A DNA stretch of 64,000 nucleotides from a virus (IMGVR_UViG_2671180890_000004); one strand, 5' to 3'. Positions 10,062-20,902 are shown, counted from the stretch's first letter. The notes: a model not told the origin generated them from the sequence alone. A program made the numbers and translations.

Positions 10062-10431
10062 AGGGCCGGAACTCCTGGTGGAGCTGGCACAGCATACCTC
10101 TGAGACCGTTCGCGAGATTATTGATATTGAGCCCGCAATTGCCGACCAGATTGGTCAGGCCGTCGCGAACCGAATGATGCAGGTCTGGGGCGGGCAAAAC
10201 GTTTATTTCCCGATGGGCATGGTATGGAAGGTCAGTCAGCGCGACCGGGAAATCTTCAGGGAGTTTAACGGACGCAACCACCACGAACTGGCCCGCAAGT
10301 TTGGTGTTTCGCTTCAGTGGGTCTACAGCGTGGTTAAGCGGGTCAGAAAAGAAGAACTGGATCGGATGCAGGGCAGGTTGTTTGATGAAGATCTGCCAGA
10401 GGAGACGAAAGACGTTAACAAATCCAGATAA
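10033..10431 (+). CDS. mor: Mor-family middle-operon transcription activator
   Basis: C-terminal HTH (HELARKFGVSLQWVYSVVKRVRK) and position after gemA. Confidence 0.7.
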   Translation: MSDLNQFRSKGPELLVELAQHTSETVREIIDIEPAIADQIGQAVANRMMQVWGGQNVYFPMGMVWKVSQRDREIFREFNGRNHHELARKFGVSLQWVYSVVKRVRKEELDRMQGRLFDEDLPEETKDVNKSR

Positions 10432-10476
10432 TTCCTGCTTGTTAAAGTCCTTTCAAAAATCTCCTTATTGTATAAA

Positions 10477-10507
10477 AGCACGGTAGACCCCTTACCGTGC
10501 TTTTTTT
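10477..10507 (+). terminator. rho-independent terminator after mor
   Basis: Stem GCACGGTA / TACCGTGC followed by T7. Confidence 0.6.
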
Positions 10508-10545
10508 ATGCTCTCTCTTTAGTATTCAGGATGCAGGGAGAAAAT

Positions 10546-11178
10546 ATGTTTGACGTTTCGTTGTTAAATCTGCCATGGGCAACACTGGTGACCCTGACCA
10601 GTGGCTATATTGGGTATTTTATTGCGAATGTGGGACTGAAGGATCACCACAAGCCCATTGAGGTGACTTTTTCTTCGCTGATTTTTGGCCTGACAGCAAT
10701 GATGGCTTACCAGGCTGTTATGTGGGCAGGTCTGAATGCCTGGCTGGCAACACCACCAGCACTTCTGTGTGCCCTTACATGCGGTGCGTGGTGGCGCAGG
10801 TACGGTCGCAAATGGATGTACAGATTACTGTGGAATAATGATATTTCATGGTCTGACGATACCAGCTCAGCATGGCAGGCAATGTTTGATCAAACAGGCT
10901 TCAGCGTTACCGAGGTCAGAGTGATTCTTCGCGATGGTTCCGGTATGATGTCACGGCTGCCAGGGAACTTTGAAGAGTGGCCTAACGGTCCGTTTACCCT
11001 GGGGAATAAAGGCGATATGGTTCTTTACGTCACGCACAGCAGCCCTTCAGGCAGTAACGAATGGGAAGAGTATAAAGGCGTGGTTGATAAGTACTGGGGA
11101 GCTCTGGCAACCTATATTCCAGCAGATCAGATTGCCAGAGTGGAGATCAGGCGCGTTCGTGCAACGAACGATGAATGA
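10546..11178 (+). CDS. membrane protein with C-terminal soluble domain
   Basis: ATG at 10546 with GGGAGA RBS; three or four N-terminal hydrophobic helices. Last gene before the gabP junction. Confidence 0.45.
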   Translation: MFDVSLLNLPWATLVTLTSGYIGYFIANVGLKDHHKPIEVTFSSLIFGLTAMMAYQAVMWAGLNAWLATPPALLCALTCGAWWRRYGRKWMYRLLWNNDISWSDDTSSAWQAMFDQTGFSVTEVRVILRDGSGMMSRLPGNFEEWPNGPFTLGNKGDMVLYVTHSSPSGSNEWEEYKGVVDKYWGALATYIPADQIARVEIRRVRATNDE

Positions 11179-11526
11179 TGTTTATTTTTTCCCTGGGGCA
11201 GGGGCTGCCGGCATAGTGGTTTTATTGGCAGAGGAAGACGATTCTCCTTTTCTACCGGAATCGCGCTCGAACGTCACGATGTGCTTGCTTTTGGGCTTTT
11301 CTGAGTAATCCAGGCTATCATGCTTATTGTTTTGAGTAGTCATTGGAATCATCCTTTTTGTTGCGGGTCATGTTTCAGCAAACTCGATTCTAAGTTGCCA
11401 GGAAGGATGATTTCAATGCCCGACTTATCTATCGTATAGCGGAAAAGAATTTCAGTTCTGTTCACCAGAACCCATGTTAACCCACTCCAATTCGTTATTT
11501 ATCTCACGGATCCCCCTTCATTTATC

Positions 11527-11913
11527 TCATGTCTGATCAGGAATGCCTGGAACCCATGAGTGCAGGATCATGGCGGCGATGTTGGCTTCAAGTGGGATAA
11601 CCAGTACCCAAAACCACCAGTACAACCAGCCGATGGTATAGCCCGCCCAGCGGCCAATGGCTTTATCGGCATAGGTGGAAAACGAACCGGTATCGGGCGT
11701 GGCAACCGCCATTTCCGCCAACATCCGCATAATCATAACCACCAGTAATCCGGCGAACAGATAGGCCAGTAATACCGCCGGGCCCGCTTCGGCGATGGCG
11801 ACGCTGGAACCGACAAACAGACTTGCGCCGATAACACCGGCAATAGACAACATGGTGACGTGGCGTGACTTCAGCCCGCCGCCTAACTCATGTGGTTGCG
11901 ATGATTGCCCCAT
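11527..11913 (-). pseudogene. gabP: gabP, truncated GABA permease (N-terminal ~125 codons only)
   Basis: Near-identical to the E. coli GabP N-terminus up to ...HSWVPGIP, then diverges (DQT-stop); the remaining ~340 codons are absent from the window. Confidence 0.85.
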
Positions 11914-12149
11914 CCTGAATCCTCTCGAAAGTGTGTCACTTGGGAGAGCGCCCCGACATTTCCCGCGTCGGGTCACGCGTTTAATTGTTATTGGTTCTTT
12001 TTGCCGGAGAGCGGCTCCGCCTTATCCGGCCGACATAGATTTATTCCTGTTCACGTACAGATTGTCGGATGCGGCGTAAACGCCTTATCCGACCTGGATT
12101 CTCGTAGGCCGGACAAGCCGCAAAGCGTCGCCTCCGGCATGGTGCGGTG

Positions 12150-13436
12150 CTACAGCTTCGCCTCAGCAAAACACTGGCTGATGATCTCCAGACCCTGACG
12201 GATCTGAGCGTCTTCAATGGTGAGCGGTACAAGGATGCGCAGCACGTTGTAATACGGGCCGCAGGAGAGAAGAATCAGACCCTTATCGCGGGCGCGTGCC
12301 ACGATCTCGGCGGTGAGTTTTGCGTCCGGTTTGCTGTGATCGCCATCTTCAAACAGCTCGATGGCGATCATCGCCCCCAGACCGCGTACGTCGCCGATCT
12401 CCGGGTGTTTTTCGGCTATCGCCAGCAATCCGTCTTTCAGCTTCTGCCCCAGAACGTTGGCTTTTTGCAGCAGATTTTCCTGCTCGAACACCTTCAACAC
12501 TTCCAGCGCCGCTACGCAGGCAATCGGGTTACCGGCATAGGTGCCACCCAGTCCGCCCGGTGCGACGGCGTCCATCACTTCCGCGCGCCCGGTGACGCCC
12601 GCCAGCGGGAAACCGCCTGCGATCGATTTCGCAAAGGTGGTGAGATCTGGTGCCACGCCCATTTGCTCCATCGCAAACAGCGTGCCGGTACGCCCTGCGC
12701 CGCTCTGCACTTCATCGGCAATCAGCATGATCCCGTGCTCGTCACACAGCGCGCGTAAACGCTGCATAAAGGCTGGCGTCGCGGCGTAGAAACCGCCTTC
12801 GCCCTGAACGGGCTCAATCACGATGGCGGCGATATCTTCCGGCGCGGCGTCATTTTTGAAGATCCGGTGGATGCTGGCGATAGCGTCATCCTCGCTTATG
12901 CCGTGCAGCGGGCAAGGATAAAGCGCGCGATAAACATGACCCGGCATCAGCCCCATGCCCGCAGAGTACGGATTCACCTTGCCGGTCAGCGCCAGCGTGT
13001 AATGCGTGCGCCCGTGATACGCACCGCTAAAGGCGATAGTACCGCTACGTTTAGTGGCGGCGCGGGCGATTTTCACCGCATTTTCCACCGCTTCGGAACC
13101 GGTCGTAACCAGCAGAGTTTTCTTGGCAAAATCGCCCGGCACCTTCTGATTCATAATCTCGCACAGCTCCAGATACGGCTCGTAGGCCAGCACCTGGAAG
13201 CAGGTGTGCGACAGTTTTTTCAATTGCGCTTCCACCGCCGCAACCACTTTCGGATGCAGGTGCCCGGTATTGAGCACCGCAATCCCGCCCGCGAAATCAA
13301 GATACTCACGGCCTTCAACGTCCCACACCCGGCAGTTTTCCGCGCGGTCAGCGAAAATCGGGTGAATTTGCCCAACGCCACGGGGAATCGCCTGACTGCG
13401 GCGCTGCATTAACTCTTTATTGCTGATCATTCGCAT
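12150..13436 (-). CDS. gabT: 4-aminobutyrate aminotransferase
   Basis: Full-length match to E. coli GabT (recalled). Confidence 0.95.
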   Translation of the reverse strand: MRMISNKELMQRRSQAIPRGVGQIHPIFADRAENCRVWDVEGREYLDFAGGIAVLNTGHLHPKVVAAVEAQLKKLSHTCFQVLAYEPYLELCEIMNQKVPGDFAKKTLLVTTGSEAVENAVKIARAATKRSGTIAFSGAYHGRTHYTLALTGKVNPYSAGMGLMPGHVYRALYPCPLHGISEDDAIASIHRIFKNDAAPEDIAAIVIEPVQGEGGFYAATPAFMQRLRALCDEHGIMLIADEVQSGAGRTGTLFAMEQMGVAPDLTTFAKSIAGGFPLAGVTGRAEVMDAVAPGGLGGTYAGNPIACVAALEVLKVFEQENLLQKANVLGQKLKDGLLAIAEKHPEIGDVRGLGAMIAIELFEDGDHSKPDAKLTAEIVARARDKGLILLSCGPYYNVLRILVPLTIEDAQIRQGLEIISQCFAEAKL

Positions 13437-13443
13437 TCTCCAG

Positions 13444-14892
13444 TTAAAGACCGATGCACATATATTTGATTTCTAAGTAATCTTCGATGCCATACTTCGA
13501 ACCTTCACGACCCAGACCCGAGGCTTTAATGCCGCCGAACGGGGCCACTTCATTGGAAATAATGCCGGTGTTGATGCCGATGATGCCGTACTCCAGTGCT
13601 TCGCCCACGCGGAAGACGCGGCTTAAATCACGGGCGTAGAAATAGGCTGCAAGTCCAAATTCGGTGTCATTGGCTTGCGCAATCACATCGGCTTCATCTT
13701 TAAAACGGAACAGCGGGGCGAGGGGGCCAAACGTCTCTTCTTTCGACACTTTGGCGTTAGCCGGAACGTCTACCAGAATGGTCGGCTGGAAGAAGTTACC
13801 GCCGCGTTCATGTGCTTTACCGCCGCAAACCACGCGCGCGCCTTTCTCCAGCGCATCAGCAATATGCTCTTCCACTTTTGCTACCGCTTTTTCATCGATC
13901 AACGGCCCGATGGTGACGCCTTTCTCCAGCCCGTCGCCGATGTGCAGTTTGCTCACCGCCTGCTGCAATTTTTCGGCAAAGCGGTCATACACGCTGTCCT
14001 GCACATACAGGCGGTTGGCGCAGACGCAGGTTTGCCCGGCGTTACGGAATTTCGAGGCCAGCGCGCCTTCCACGGCTTTATCGAGATCGGCATCGTCAAA
14101 GACAATAAACGGTGCGTTGCCGCCCAGCTCCAGCGACACTTTTTTGATGTCTTTCGCGCACTGTTCCATTAACTGACGGCCAATTTCGGTCGAGCCGGTA
14201 AACGACAGCTTGCGCACCAGCGGGTTGCTGGTCAGTTCGTTACCGACCGCGCCCGCCGAACCGGTGACCACGTTAAACACGCCAGCCGGAACGCCCGCGC
14301 GAATCGCCAGTTCTGCCAGCGCCAGCGCAGAGAACGGCGTCTGACTGGCGGGCTTCAGCACCATGGTGCAGCCAGCCGCCAGCGCCGGACCAGCTTTACG
14401 GGTAATCATCGCCGCCGGGAAGTTCCATGGCGTGATAGCCGCGGTGACGCCAATCGGCTGCTTGATCACAATCAGGCGTTTATCGGCCTGATGACCGGGA
14501 ATGGTGTCGCCATAAATACGTTTGCCTTCTTCAGCAAACCACTCAATAAATGAGGCGGCGTAGCTGATTTCGCCTTTCGCTTCAGCCAGTGGTTTGCCCT
14601 GTTCGAGGGTCATCAGGCGCGCTAAATCGTCCTGATGCTCCATCATTAAATTGAACCAGTTGCGCAGAATGTTGGCGCGTTCTTTGGCAGTGAGCGCACG
14701 CCAGGCGGGCAGGGCGCGGCTGGCGGCGTCGATAGCGGCGCGGGTTTCATCAGCGCCCATTTTCGGCACGCTACCCAGCTTGTCGCCGTTCGCCGGATTG
14801 GTGACGTCGATGACCTCGCCATTGTTGGCGTCCAGCCATTCCCCGTTAATCAACGCCTGCTGGCGGAATAAGTTACTGTCGTTAAGTTTCAT
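13444..14892 (-). CDS. gabD: succinate-semialdehyde dehydrogenase
   Basis: Full-length match to E. coli GabD (482 aa). Confidence 0.95.
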   Translation of the reverse strand: MKLNDSNLFRQQALINGEWLDANNGEVIDVTNPANGDKLGSVPKMGADETRAAIDAASRALPAWRALTAKERANILRNWFNLMMEHQDDLARLMTLEQGKPLAEAKGEISYAASFIEWFAEEGKRIYGDTIPGHQADKRLIVIKQPIGVTAAITPWNFPAAMITRKAGPALAAGCTMVLKPASQTPFSALALAELAIRAGVPAGVFNVVTGSAGAVGNELTSNPLVRKLSFTGSTEIGRQLMEQCAKDIKKVSLELGGNAPFIVFDDADLDKAVEGALASKFRNAGQTCVCANRLYVQDSVYDRFAEKLQQAVSKLHIGDGLEKGVTIGPLIDEKAVAKVEEHIADALEKGARVVCGGKAHERGGNFFQPTILVDVPANAKVSKEETFGPLAPLFRFKDEADVIAQANDTEFGLAAYFYARDLSRVFRVGEALEYGIIGINTGIISNEVAPFGGIKASGLGREGSKYGIEDYLEIKYMCIGL

Positions 14893-14917
14893 CGCTACAT
14901 CCTGTTTTCAAAGGTTA

Positions 14918-16183
14918 TTAATTAAATGCGGCGTGTAAGGCATCCACACTACGTGCCGCTCGCAGCGTGCGTCCGGGGTTACTCTGGCTTGCCAACAGCG
15001 TTTGTACCTTGCTGACAATATGCGCACCAATAGGAATTGCTGATGTCGCTGCCGGGGAGGGCGCATTACAGGTGTGGATCGTGCGCGGGGTGGTGACAAA
15101 CAGAAAATCGTCAATCAGCTTGCCGTCCGGCGATACCGCCTGCGCCCGCACACCGGGGGGCCAGGGCTGGAGATCGCTTAACGAAAGCCGGGGACAATAC
15201 TTTTGCACCAGCCGCAGATAGCCGCTTTTGCACAGCGAGTTTTTCATCTCGCCCAGTCCTGAGCGTAGATGGTTTTGCAGCACCCGGCGAATCCCCGACG
15301 AGCCTAAAATCTCCAGCGTGTCACTAAATGAGAAGTCGCGCTTGCGGTAGCCTTCGCGTTTGAAAGCCAGCACCGCGTTTGGCCCGACGGTCACGCTGCC
15401 GTCGATCATGCGGGTGAGATGCACGCCCAAAAACGGCATTGCCGGGTCGGGAATGGGGTAAATCAGGTGGTTAACAATCTGGTTATGCTCTGGCGCAAGG
15501 CGGAAATACTCGCCGCGGAACGGGCAGATAATAAAGCCCGGTTCGAGGCCGAGCATTTTCACCAGCCGGTCAGCCATCAGCCCGGAACAACTAATCAGCG
15601 TCGATGCTTCATATTCACCGCCCTGACGGGTACGTATCACCACGCCGTTTTTATGCTCACTGAGGGCGCTGACTTCGGCGTTATAAATAATCTCACCACC
15701 TCTGGCCTGGAAGATTTTTGCCATCGCCGCCGTCACTTCGCGGTAGCTGACAATGCCGCTGGACGGCACAAAAATGCCGCCAAGCCCGGTGATATTCGGT
15801 TCACGCTCGCGCAGCTCCTCGGCGTTTAACCACTCGCGCTCGATCCCGTTTGCCGCCGTGCGTTTCCATAACGCATTCATCCGTTCCATTTCGAGTTCAG
15901 ACGTGGCGACCAGCATCTTGCCGCAGTTGTCGTAGCGAATGCCGTTTTGATCGCAAAAGACTTTAGTGGCGCGGTTCCCCGCCAGGCAAAACTGCGTCTT
16001 CAGGCTACCGGGCGTGTAATAGACTCCGGCATGGATCACGCCGCTGTTGTGGCCCGTCTGGTGACAGGCAGGGCCGGACTCTTTTTCCAGCAACGCAATG
16101 CGGGCGTCAGGATAGATATCAATCAGTTGCATGGCGGTCGACATGCCGATGATGCCGCCGCCAATAATCACAAAATCATACAT
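14918..16183 (-). CDS. lhgO: L-2-hydroxyglutarate oxidase/dehydrogenase
   Basis: Start at MYDFVIIGGG (FAD-binding GxGxxG); matches E. coli LhgO (422 aa). Confidence 0.9.
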   Translation of the reverse strand: MYDFVIIGGGIIGMSTAMQLIDIYPDARIALLEKESGPACHQTGHNSGVIHAGVYYTPGSLKTQFCLAGNRATKVFCDQNGIRYDNCGKMLVATSELEMERMNALWKRTAANGIEREWLNAEELREREPNITGLGGIFVPSSGIVSYREVTAAMAKIFQARGGEIIYNAEVSALSEHKNGVVIRTRQGGEYEASTLISCSGLMADRLVKMLGLEPGFIICPFRGEYFRLAPEHNQIVNHLIYPIPDPAMPFLGVHLTRMIDGSVTVGPNAVLAFKREGYRKRDFSFSDTLEILGSSGIRRVLQNHLRSGLGEMKNSLCKSGYLRLVQKYCPRLSLSDLQPWPPGVRAQAVSPDGKLIDDFLFVTTPRTIHTCNAPSPAATSAIPIGAHIVSKVQTLLASQSNPGRTLRAARSVDALHAAFN

Positions 16184-16202
16184 CCGCTCAATTCCTTTGC
16201 GC

Positions 16203-17279
<1,077 letters not shown>

Positions 17280-17708
17280 TTACATATTGTTTTCTTATTG
17301 TGATCAAAAACAGCAAATTAATAACAAGTAATGTGAGGGATAAGAATTGGGTTGAAAGGAAATGAATAATTAAAACAATATATTAAGTGTGCTTATACTC
17401 TTTTTCGAACTGGTGGCATTTGTTTAAATGCTATTTAAACTGCTTTTTCAGAGTTCAACTTACTGAGTTCCGTGTCGACTAATGTGAGTAAGATCAATCG
17501 CATCCAACCTATGTTACTTGATGGCATCGATAACAATATTAATGAACATACAGATTCCGGGAAGGCTGGCTATGGGGGCAAATTATTCTCTTTCTGGAAA
17601 CGGGTAAATAACAGTGACCATTTGTCGAGAAGCTGATACTGAGCTGAGGGATACTGTATATGTCTGGACTGTAATTGGATGAATTCTATTCAGGGCGGGT
17701 CAGGACCA

Positions 17709-17735
17709 ATAAAAAAGCCCGCATCAGCGGGCTTT
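17709..17735 (-). terminator. rho-independent terminator (minus strand)
   Basis: Stem AAGCCCGC / GCGGGCTT; the U-tract is on the minus strand (A-run 17710-17716). Confidence 0.4.
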
Positions 17736-17863
17736 AATGTCATAGGGAGTCGCGACTCCGTTGCGTATCCTTTTTTGTCTCCTCACCGTCTGGTCGGTGT
17801 CCTGCTGAGACTTATAACTTCCTGTTTTTGTTGGTGTAGTCCTTACACCGTCCAATCATTATT

Positions 17864-17890
17864 TGGTGGAGCTGGCGGGAGTTGAACCCG
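17864..17890 (-). other. ssrA: 27-bp copy of the 3' end of ssrA (tmRNA): prophage attachment-site core
   Basis: TGGTGGAGCTGGCGGGAGTTGAACCCG is the reverse complement of the ssrA 3' terminus; sequence beyond it is not ssrA, so this is an att repeat, not a gene. Confidence 0.7.
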
Positions 17891-18321
17891 TGTCCATAGT
17901 TATGTAATTCATTGAATTTAAATAGCCAAATATTGTTGATTTTACACGCGGCTCTTTTGCGGAACTTTTTCTGTCCTGTTACTGTCTTACTATTTATTTT
18001 AAAATAGTTTCATTTGGAATTAATGGTTTGTGGTTGCAGTTTCGGAGATAGATAGCATTTTTTGCTAAAAAATATTTTTATAAAAAATGTGTGTAAAAAT
18101 GATGTTATGCACAGATTTATACACAGAGGCTTTGTAATAAACCAGATTATTTTGGATAAGTTTGTTTTTTTGTGATTTGTCAACAATATTATTGACTCTT
18201 GTTACTAAAGTGAGTGTTTTCTAAGGTGGCCAGAAGTTGTCCCTTCATGTAATCTTATTAGCCATAAAGAACAAAAAATAATTCAACATCATTACCAACT
18301 ATTTGTAAGATAAGGTTTTTA

Positions 18322-19137
18322 ATGTTGCAGCCAGCAAAAAAAGCATCAGTTATTAGCGCGCGGCTAACTAAATACCTCAAAGATGGAGTGAGGATTGATG
18401 ACTTTAGCTTTAGAAGGATGTTACGTGAGATTGAAGCACTTAGAGATCCTGTCTCTGAGGACTATCTTTTAGCGTTGGTCTATGGTGCACATGGTCAAGT
18501 GAATGAGGCGATAGGCTTCTTTGAGCGTTCCTTGCAGGTATGCCATAATGAGGTTGTTGCAAAGAATTTTCTTGTTTTCTTGTCAGATTACGGTACGTTG
18601 AAGAAAAGCTTTGAAACAAGCATTAAGCTTGCTGAAAGCTTCATATCCCCGTTTATTTATCTTCAAGCTTATGAAAACTCCCTCTTTATGGGGAAGATGG
18701 CGTTGGCGGAGAAGTATTTCCAGTCATACTCTAAATTGTTCGGAGATAAGGAGCCTGAAAAAATGGACAACCATCTTGATGAAGTTGTTTCCCAGGTCGA
18801 ATCCTTTAAGCAACGTGCCGATCTTTCTGGTTTAGAATATGAACTTATTTTCAATAATGTAGCCAATGTCATGGATTCTCAGAAGGTTCATCTTTCGGGA
18901 ATGCGTTTTTATAATATTTCGGAAGAGAAAGTGAATGCGATTGTATTCATGACAAAGTCTTCTGATGCTGAACAAATCGCTGATATGAATATTGAGCTTG
19001 CTTTTTCAATGGCTGAGCACGATTGTTTAGTCGGTAAAGATTTTGCTGTTTGGTTTGAATGTAAAGACACACATATTGAGCAGAATGCTATCTCCGAATT
19101 AGGTCTGATTACCCGGAGGGTTGCACATGCCGGTTAA
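18322..19137 (+). CDS. hypothetical cargo protein (271 aa), first gene of att-int cassette
   Basis: AT-rich ORF between the att core and int; no motif recognised. Confidence 0.5.
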   Translation: MLQPAKKASVISARLTKYLKDGVRIDDFSFRRMLREIEALRDPVSEDYLLALVYGAHGQVNEAIGFFERSLQVCHNEVVAKNFLVFLSDYGTLKKSFETSIKLAESFISPFIYLQAYENSLFMGKMALAEKYFQSYSKLFGDKEPEKMDNHLDEVVSQVESFKQRADLSGLEYELIFNNVANVMDSQKVHLSGMRFYNISEEKVNAIVFMTKSSDAEQIADMNIELAFSMAEHDCLVGKDFAVWFECKDTHIEQNAISELGLITRRVAHAG

Positions 19138-19510
19138 TAGTCAAGATTTTCTCGGTTTTGCAAAAGACTGTCATCAACGTAATGACGAAATCGGCTATCG
19201 AAATGCTATAGCAAGATCCTACTATGGCGCTTACCATCATGTCTTGCCTTGTATGGTAAACGGGCCGAAAGACAGTCATCAGGGGCTAATCAATTATTTG
19301 CAGGGCGATGCTTCAAGAGGAAGTGAAGTATATGAAGCTAGATATCTAAAAGGGATTAGTTTTATCCTGAGTCAACTTAAAGCTCAGAGGATTGTTGCAG
19401 ACTATCGACTTGATCAATCGGTCACTTCTAAACAGTCTGAAGTTGCGATTCTAACAACTGAGAGGCTCTTTGCTAAGTGTACGGAAATGCTTAAATCGAG
19501 AGCCTCCTAA
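19127..19510 (+). CDS. hypothetical cargo protein (~128 aa), coupled to upstream gene
   Basis: ATG at 19127 with GGAGGG RBS, overlapping the upstream stop by 11 nt; contains an R-x6-H segment (RSYYGAYHH) that could be HEPN-like (speculative). Confidence 0.45.
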   Translation: MPVNSQDFLGFAKDCHQRNDEIGYRNAIARSYYGAYHHVLPCMVNGPKDSHQGLINYLQGDASRGSEVYEARYLKGISFILSQLKAQRIVADYRLDQSVTSKQSEVAILTTERLFAKCTEMLKSRAS

Positions 19511-19517
19511 TTGATAA

Positions 19518-19539
19518 AGCCACTTAAGTGGCTTTTTTT
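19518..19539. terminator. bidirectional terminator between cargo operon and int
   Basis: Stem AGCCACTT / AAGTGGCT followed by T7. Confidence 0.5.
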
Positions 19540-20696
19540 GTGATATTGCTGGTCGTATTACCGTCATATTCCTTTAAATATGAACCATAATGACGAAATA
19601 ACATTTCCGGCCCTTTATGCCCCATTTGAGCTGCAAGCCAAAACAGGTTTGCTCCCCGGCTGATATGGCGGGTGGCGAATGTATGCCTAGTTTGATATGG
19701 ATTTCTGTAACGAATACCTGCTTTTCGCAATGTTGGCACCCATGCTTTTTTCCTGATTGCATCAGCACTTGCCCAGGGCTTATTGGTCTTTGGATCTTCA
19801 AAGACAGTAGCATCCTTCATGAATGTAAATGGCTTCTGATTTATCAGCGCCAACATTGCTTCTTCAGTCAGTTCAACTTTACGGGTACCGGCTTTTGTCT
19901 TTGTCCCTTTGATAACACCGACAACACTTGCGCTCTGGACATGGGCAGTTTTTCCAACAAAGTCGATATCACGCCATCGAAGGGCACATAATTCAGAACT
20001 ACGCAGGCCTGTATGTATAGCGAACCGGAACAGATTTTCCCATTGTTTTTTTCCGGCTGCTGCTAGTAATGCATCAACTTCTGCTGGTGATAGCGGATCA
20101 ACCACGTAGCTGCTTTCTGCTTCTGACTTATCACTTTGGTAGCGCGAAGCAGTTACCAACGATACGGGGTTAATTTGAAGTACCCCATCGGTTACGGCTT
20201 CATCAAGTGCTGACCGCAGGAAAGATAACTGGTTGCGAATTGTTTTTAAGGTCGTTTTCTGGCTTTGAATCCACGCTTTCAGGATTGCTGGTGTTAATTC
20301 ACTTGCAGGGCAAATGTGGAGTGAGGCTAACGCACTACGGCATTTTTTATAACCACCAATCGTAGAGGGTGAAAGTTTTCTTGTTTCGCAGATTTCAAGA
20401 TATTCGTCCAGGTACATCTTTACCGTTTTGCCTGCAGCAGCATTACCAAAAATTTTCAAACGAGCAGAACGGGGAAAATATTCTGCATAAATGAATGTTC
20501 CCCTTTCGATCTTATTATGGATTTCGCCGAGTGTACGCTCGGCGTATTTAATGTTCTTTGGTGTTACTTCCAGATTGGAAAGCGGCTCACGACATCTAAC
20601 TCCTTTGTAGGTGAAAGTTATATTGATCGTTTCTCCCTGGCGGTGTTTCCTGATTGTTACGCCGCGCGGTAGTTTGAGCAGTTTTGTCTGGCCCAT
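19524..20696 (-). CDS. int: tyrosine recombinase (phage integrase)
   Basis: C-terminal catalytic region with conserved R (LRSSELCALRWRD), HxxR (HTFATRH) and tyrosine near LFRHYGSY; adjacent to the att core. Confidence 0.85.
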   Translation of the reverse strand: MGQTKLLKLPRGVTIRKHRQGETINITFTYKGVRCREPLSNLEVTPKNIKYAERTLGEIHNKIERGTFIYAEYFPRSARLKIFGNAAAGKTVKMYLDEYLEICETRKLSPSTIGGYKKCRSALASLHICPASELTPAILKAWIQSQKTTLKTIRNQLSFLRSALDEAVTDGVLQINPVSLVTASRYQSDKSEAESSYVVDPLSPAEVDALLAAAGKKQWENLFRFAIHTGLRSSELCALRWRDIDFVGKTAHVQSASVVGVIKGTKTKAGTRKVELTEEAMLALINQKPFTFMKDATVFEDPKTNKPWASADAIRKKAWVPTLRKAGIRYRNPYQTRHTFATRHISRGANLFWLAAQMGHKGPEMLFRHYGSYLKEYDGNTTSNITKKAT

Positions 20697-20902
20697 TTTG
20701 CAACCTCACTAAGATCAATCCACCTCTCCTTAACGCCTTCAACCTTTAAAACCTGAACACCTTCACGCCAAACACCGCGCTGTACACGTTTGTTTATTGC
20801 TTCAGGAGTTTCGCCAGTTTCTTTGCAATAAGTTGAGATAGGAACACAATCGAGGTTCAGCATACGTTTCTCCATTATCCCGTCTGCACACGGGAGCAAC
20901 AT
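20657..20902 (-). CDS. xis: excisionase-like DNA-binding protein
   Basis: Small basic protein overlapping the int start; likely true start at MEKRM (20875) with AGGAG-like RBS. Confidence 0.6.
   Translation of the reverse strand: MLLPCADGIMEKRMLNLDCVPISTYCKETGETPEAINKRVQRGVWREGVQVLKVEGVKERWIDLSEVAKWARQNCSNYRAA

Larger units (their letters stand above)
1900..11536. mobile_element. Mu-like transposable phage early region (boundaries unresolved; right edge abuts truncated gabP)
   Basis: Gene order repressor(-), ner, A, B, gam, gemA, mor matches the Mu early region; no late genes follow mor. Confidence 0.6.

Noticed and set aside
11180-11540. Insertion sequence at the gabP breakpoint
   Set aside because: No transposase ORF or obvious terminal inverted repeats in the ~350 bp between the last Mu-like gene and gabP.
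13664-14176. Plus-strand ORFs of 165-170 aa overlapping gabD
   Set aside because: Antisense to a well-supported conserved gene and low-complexity in composition.
17864-17890. A complete ssrA (tmRNA) gene
   Set aside because: Only the terminal 27 nt match; the sequence diverges immediately afterwards, so it is an attachment-site repeat.
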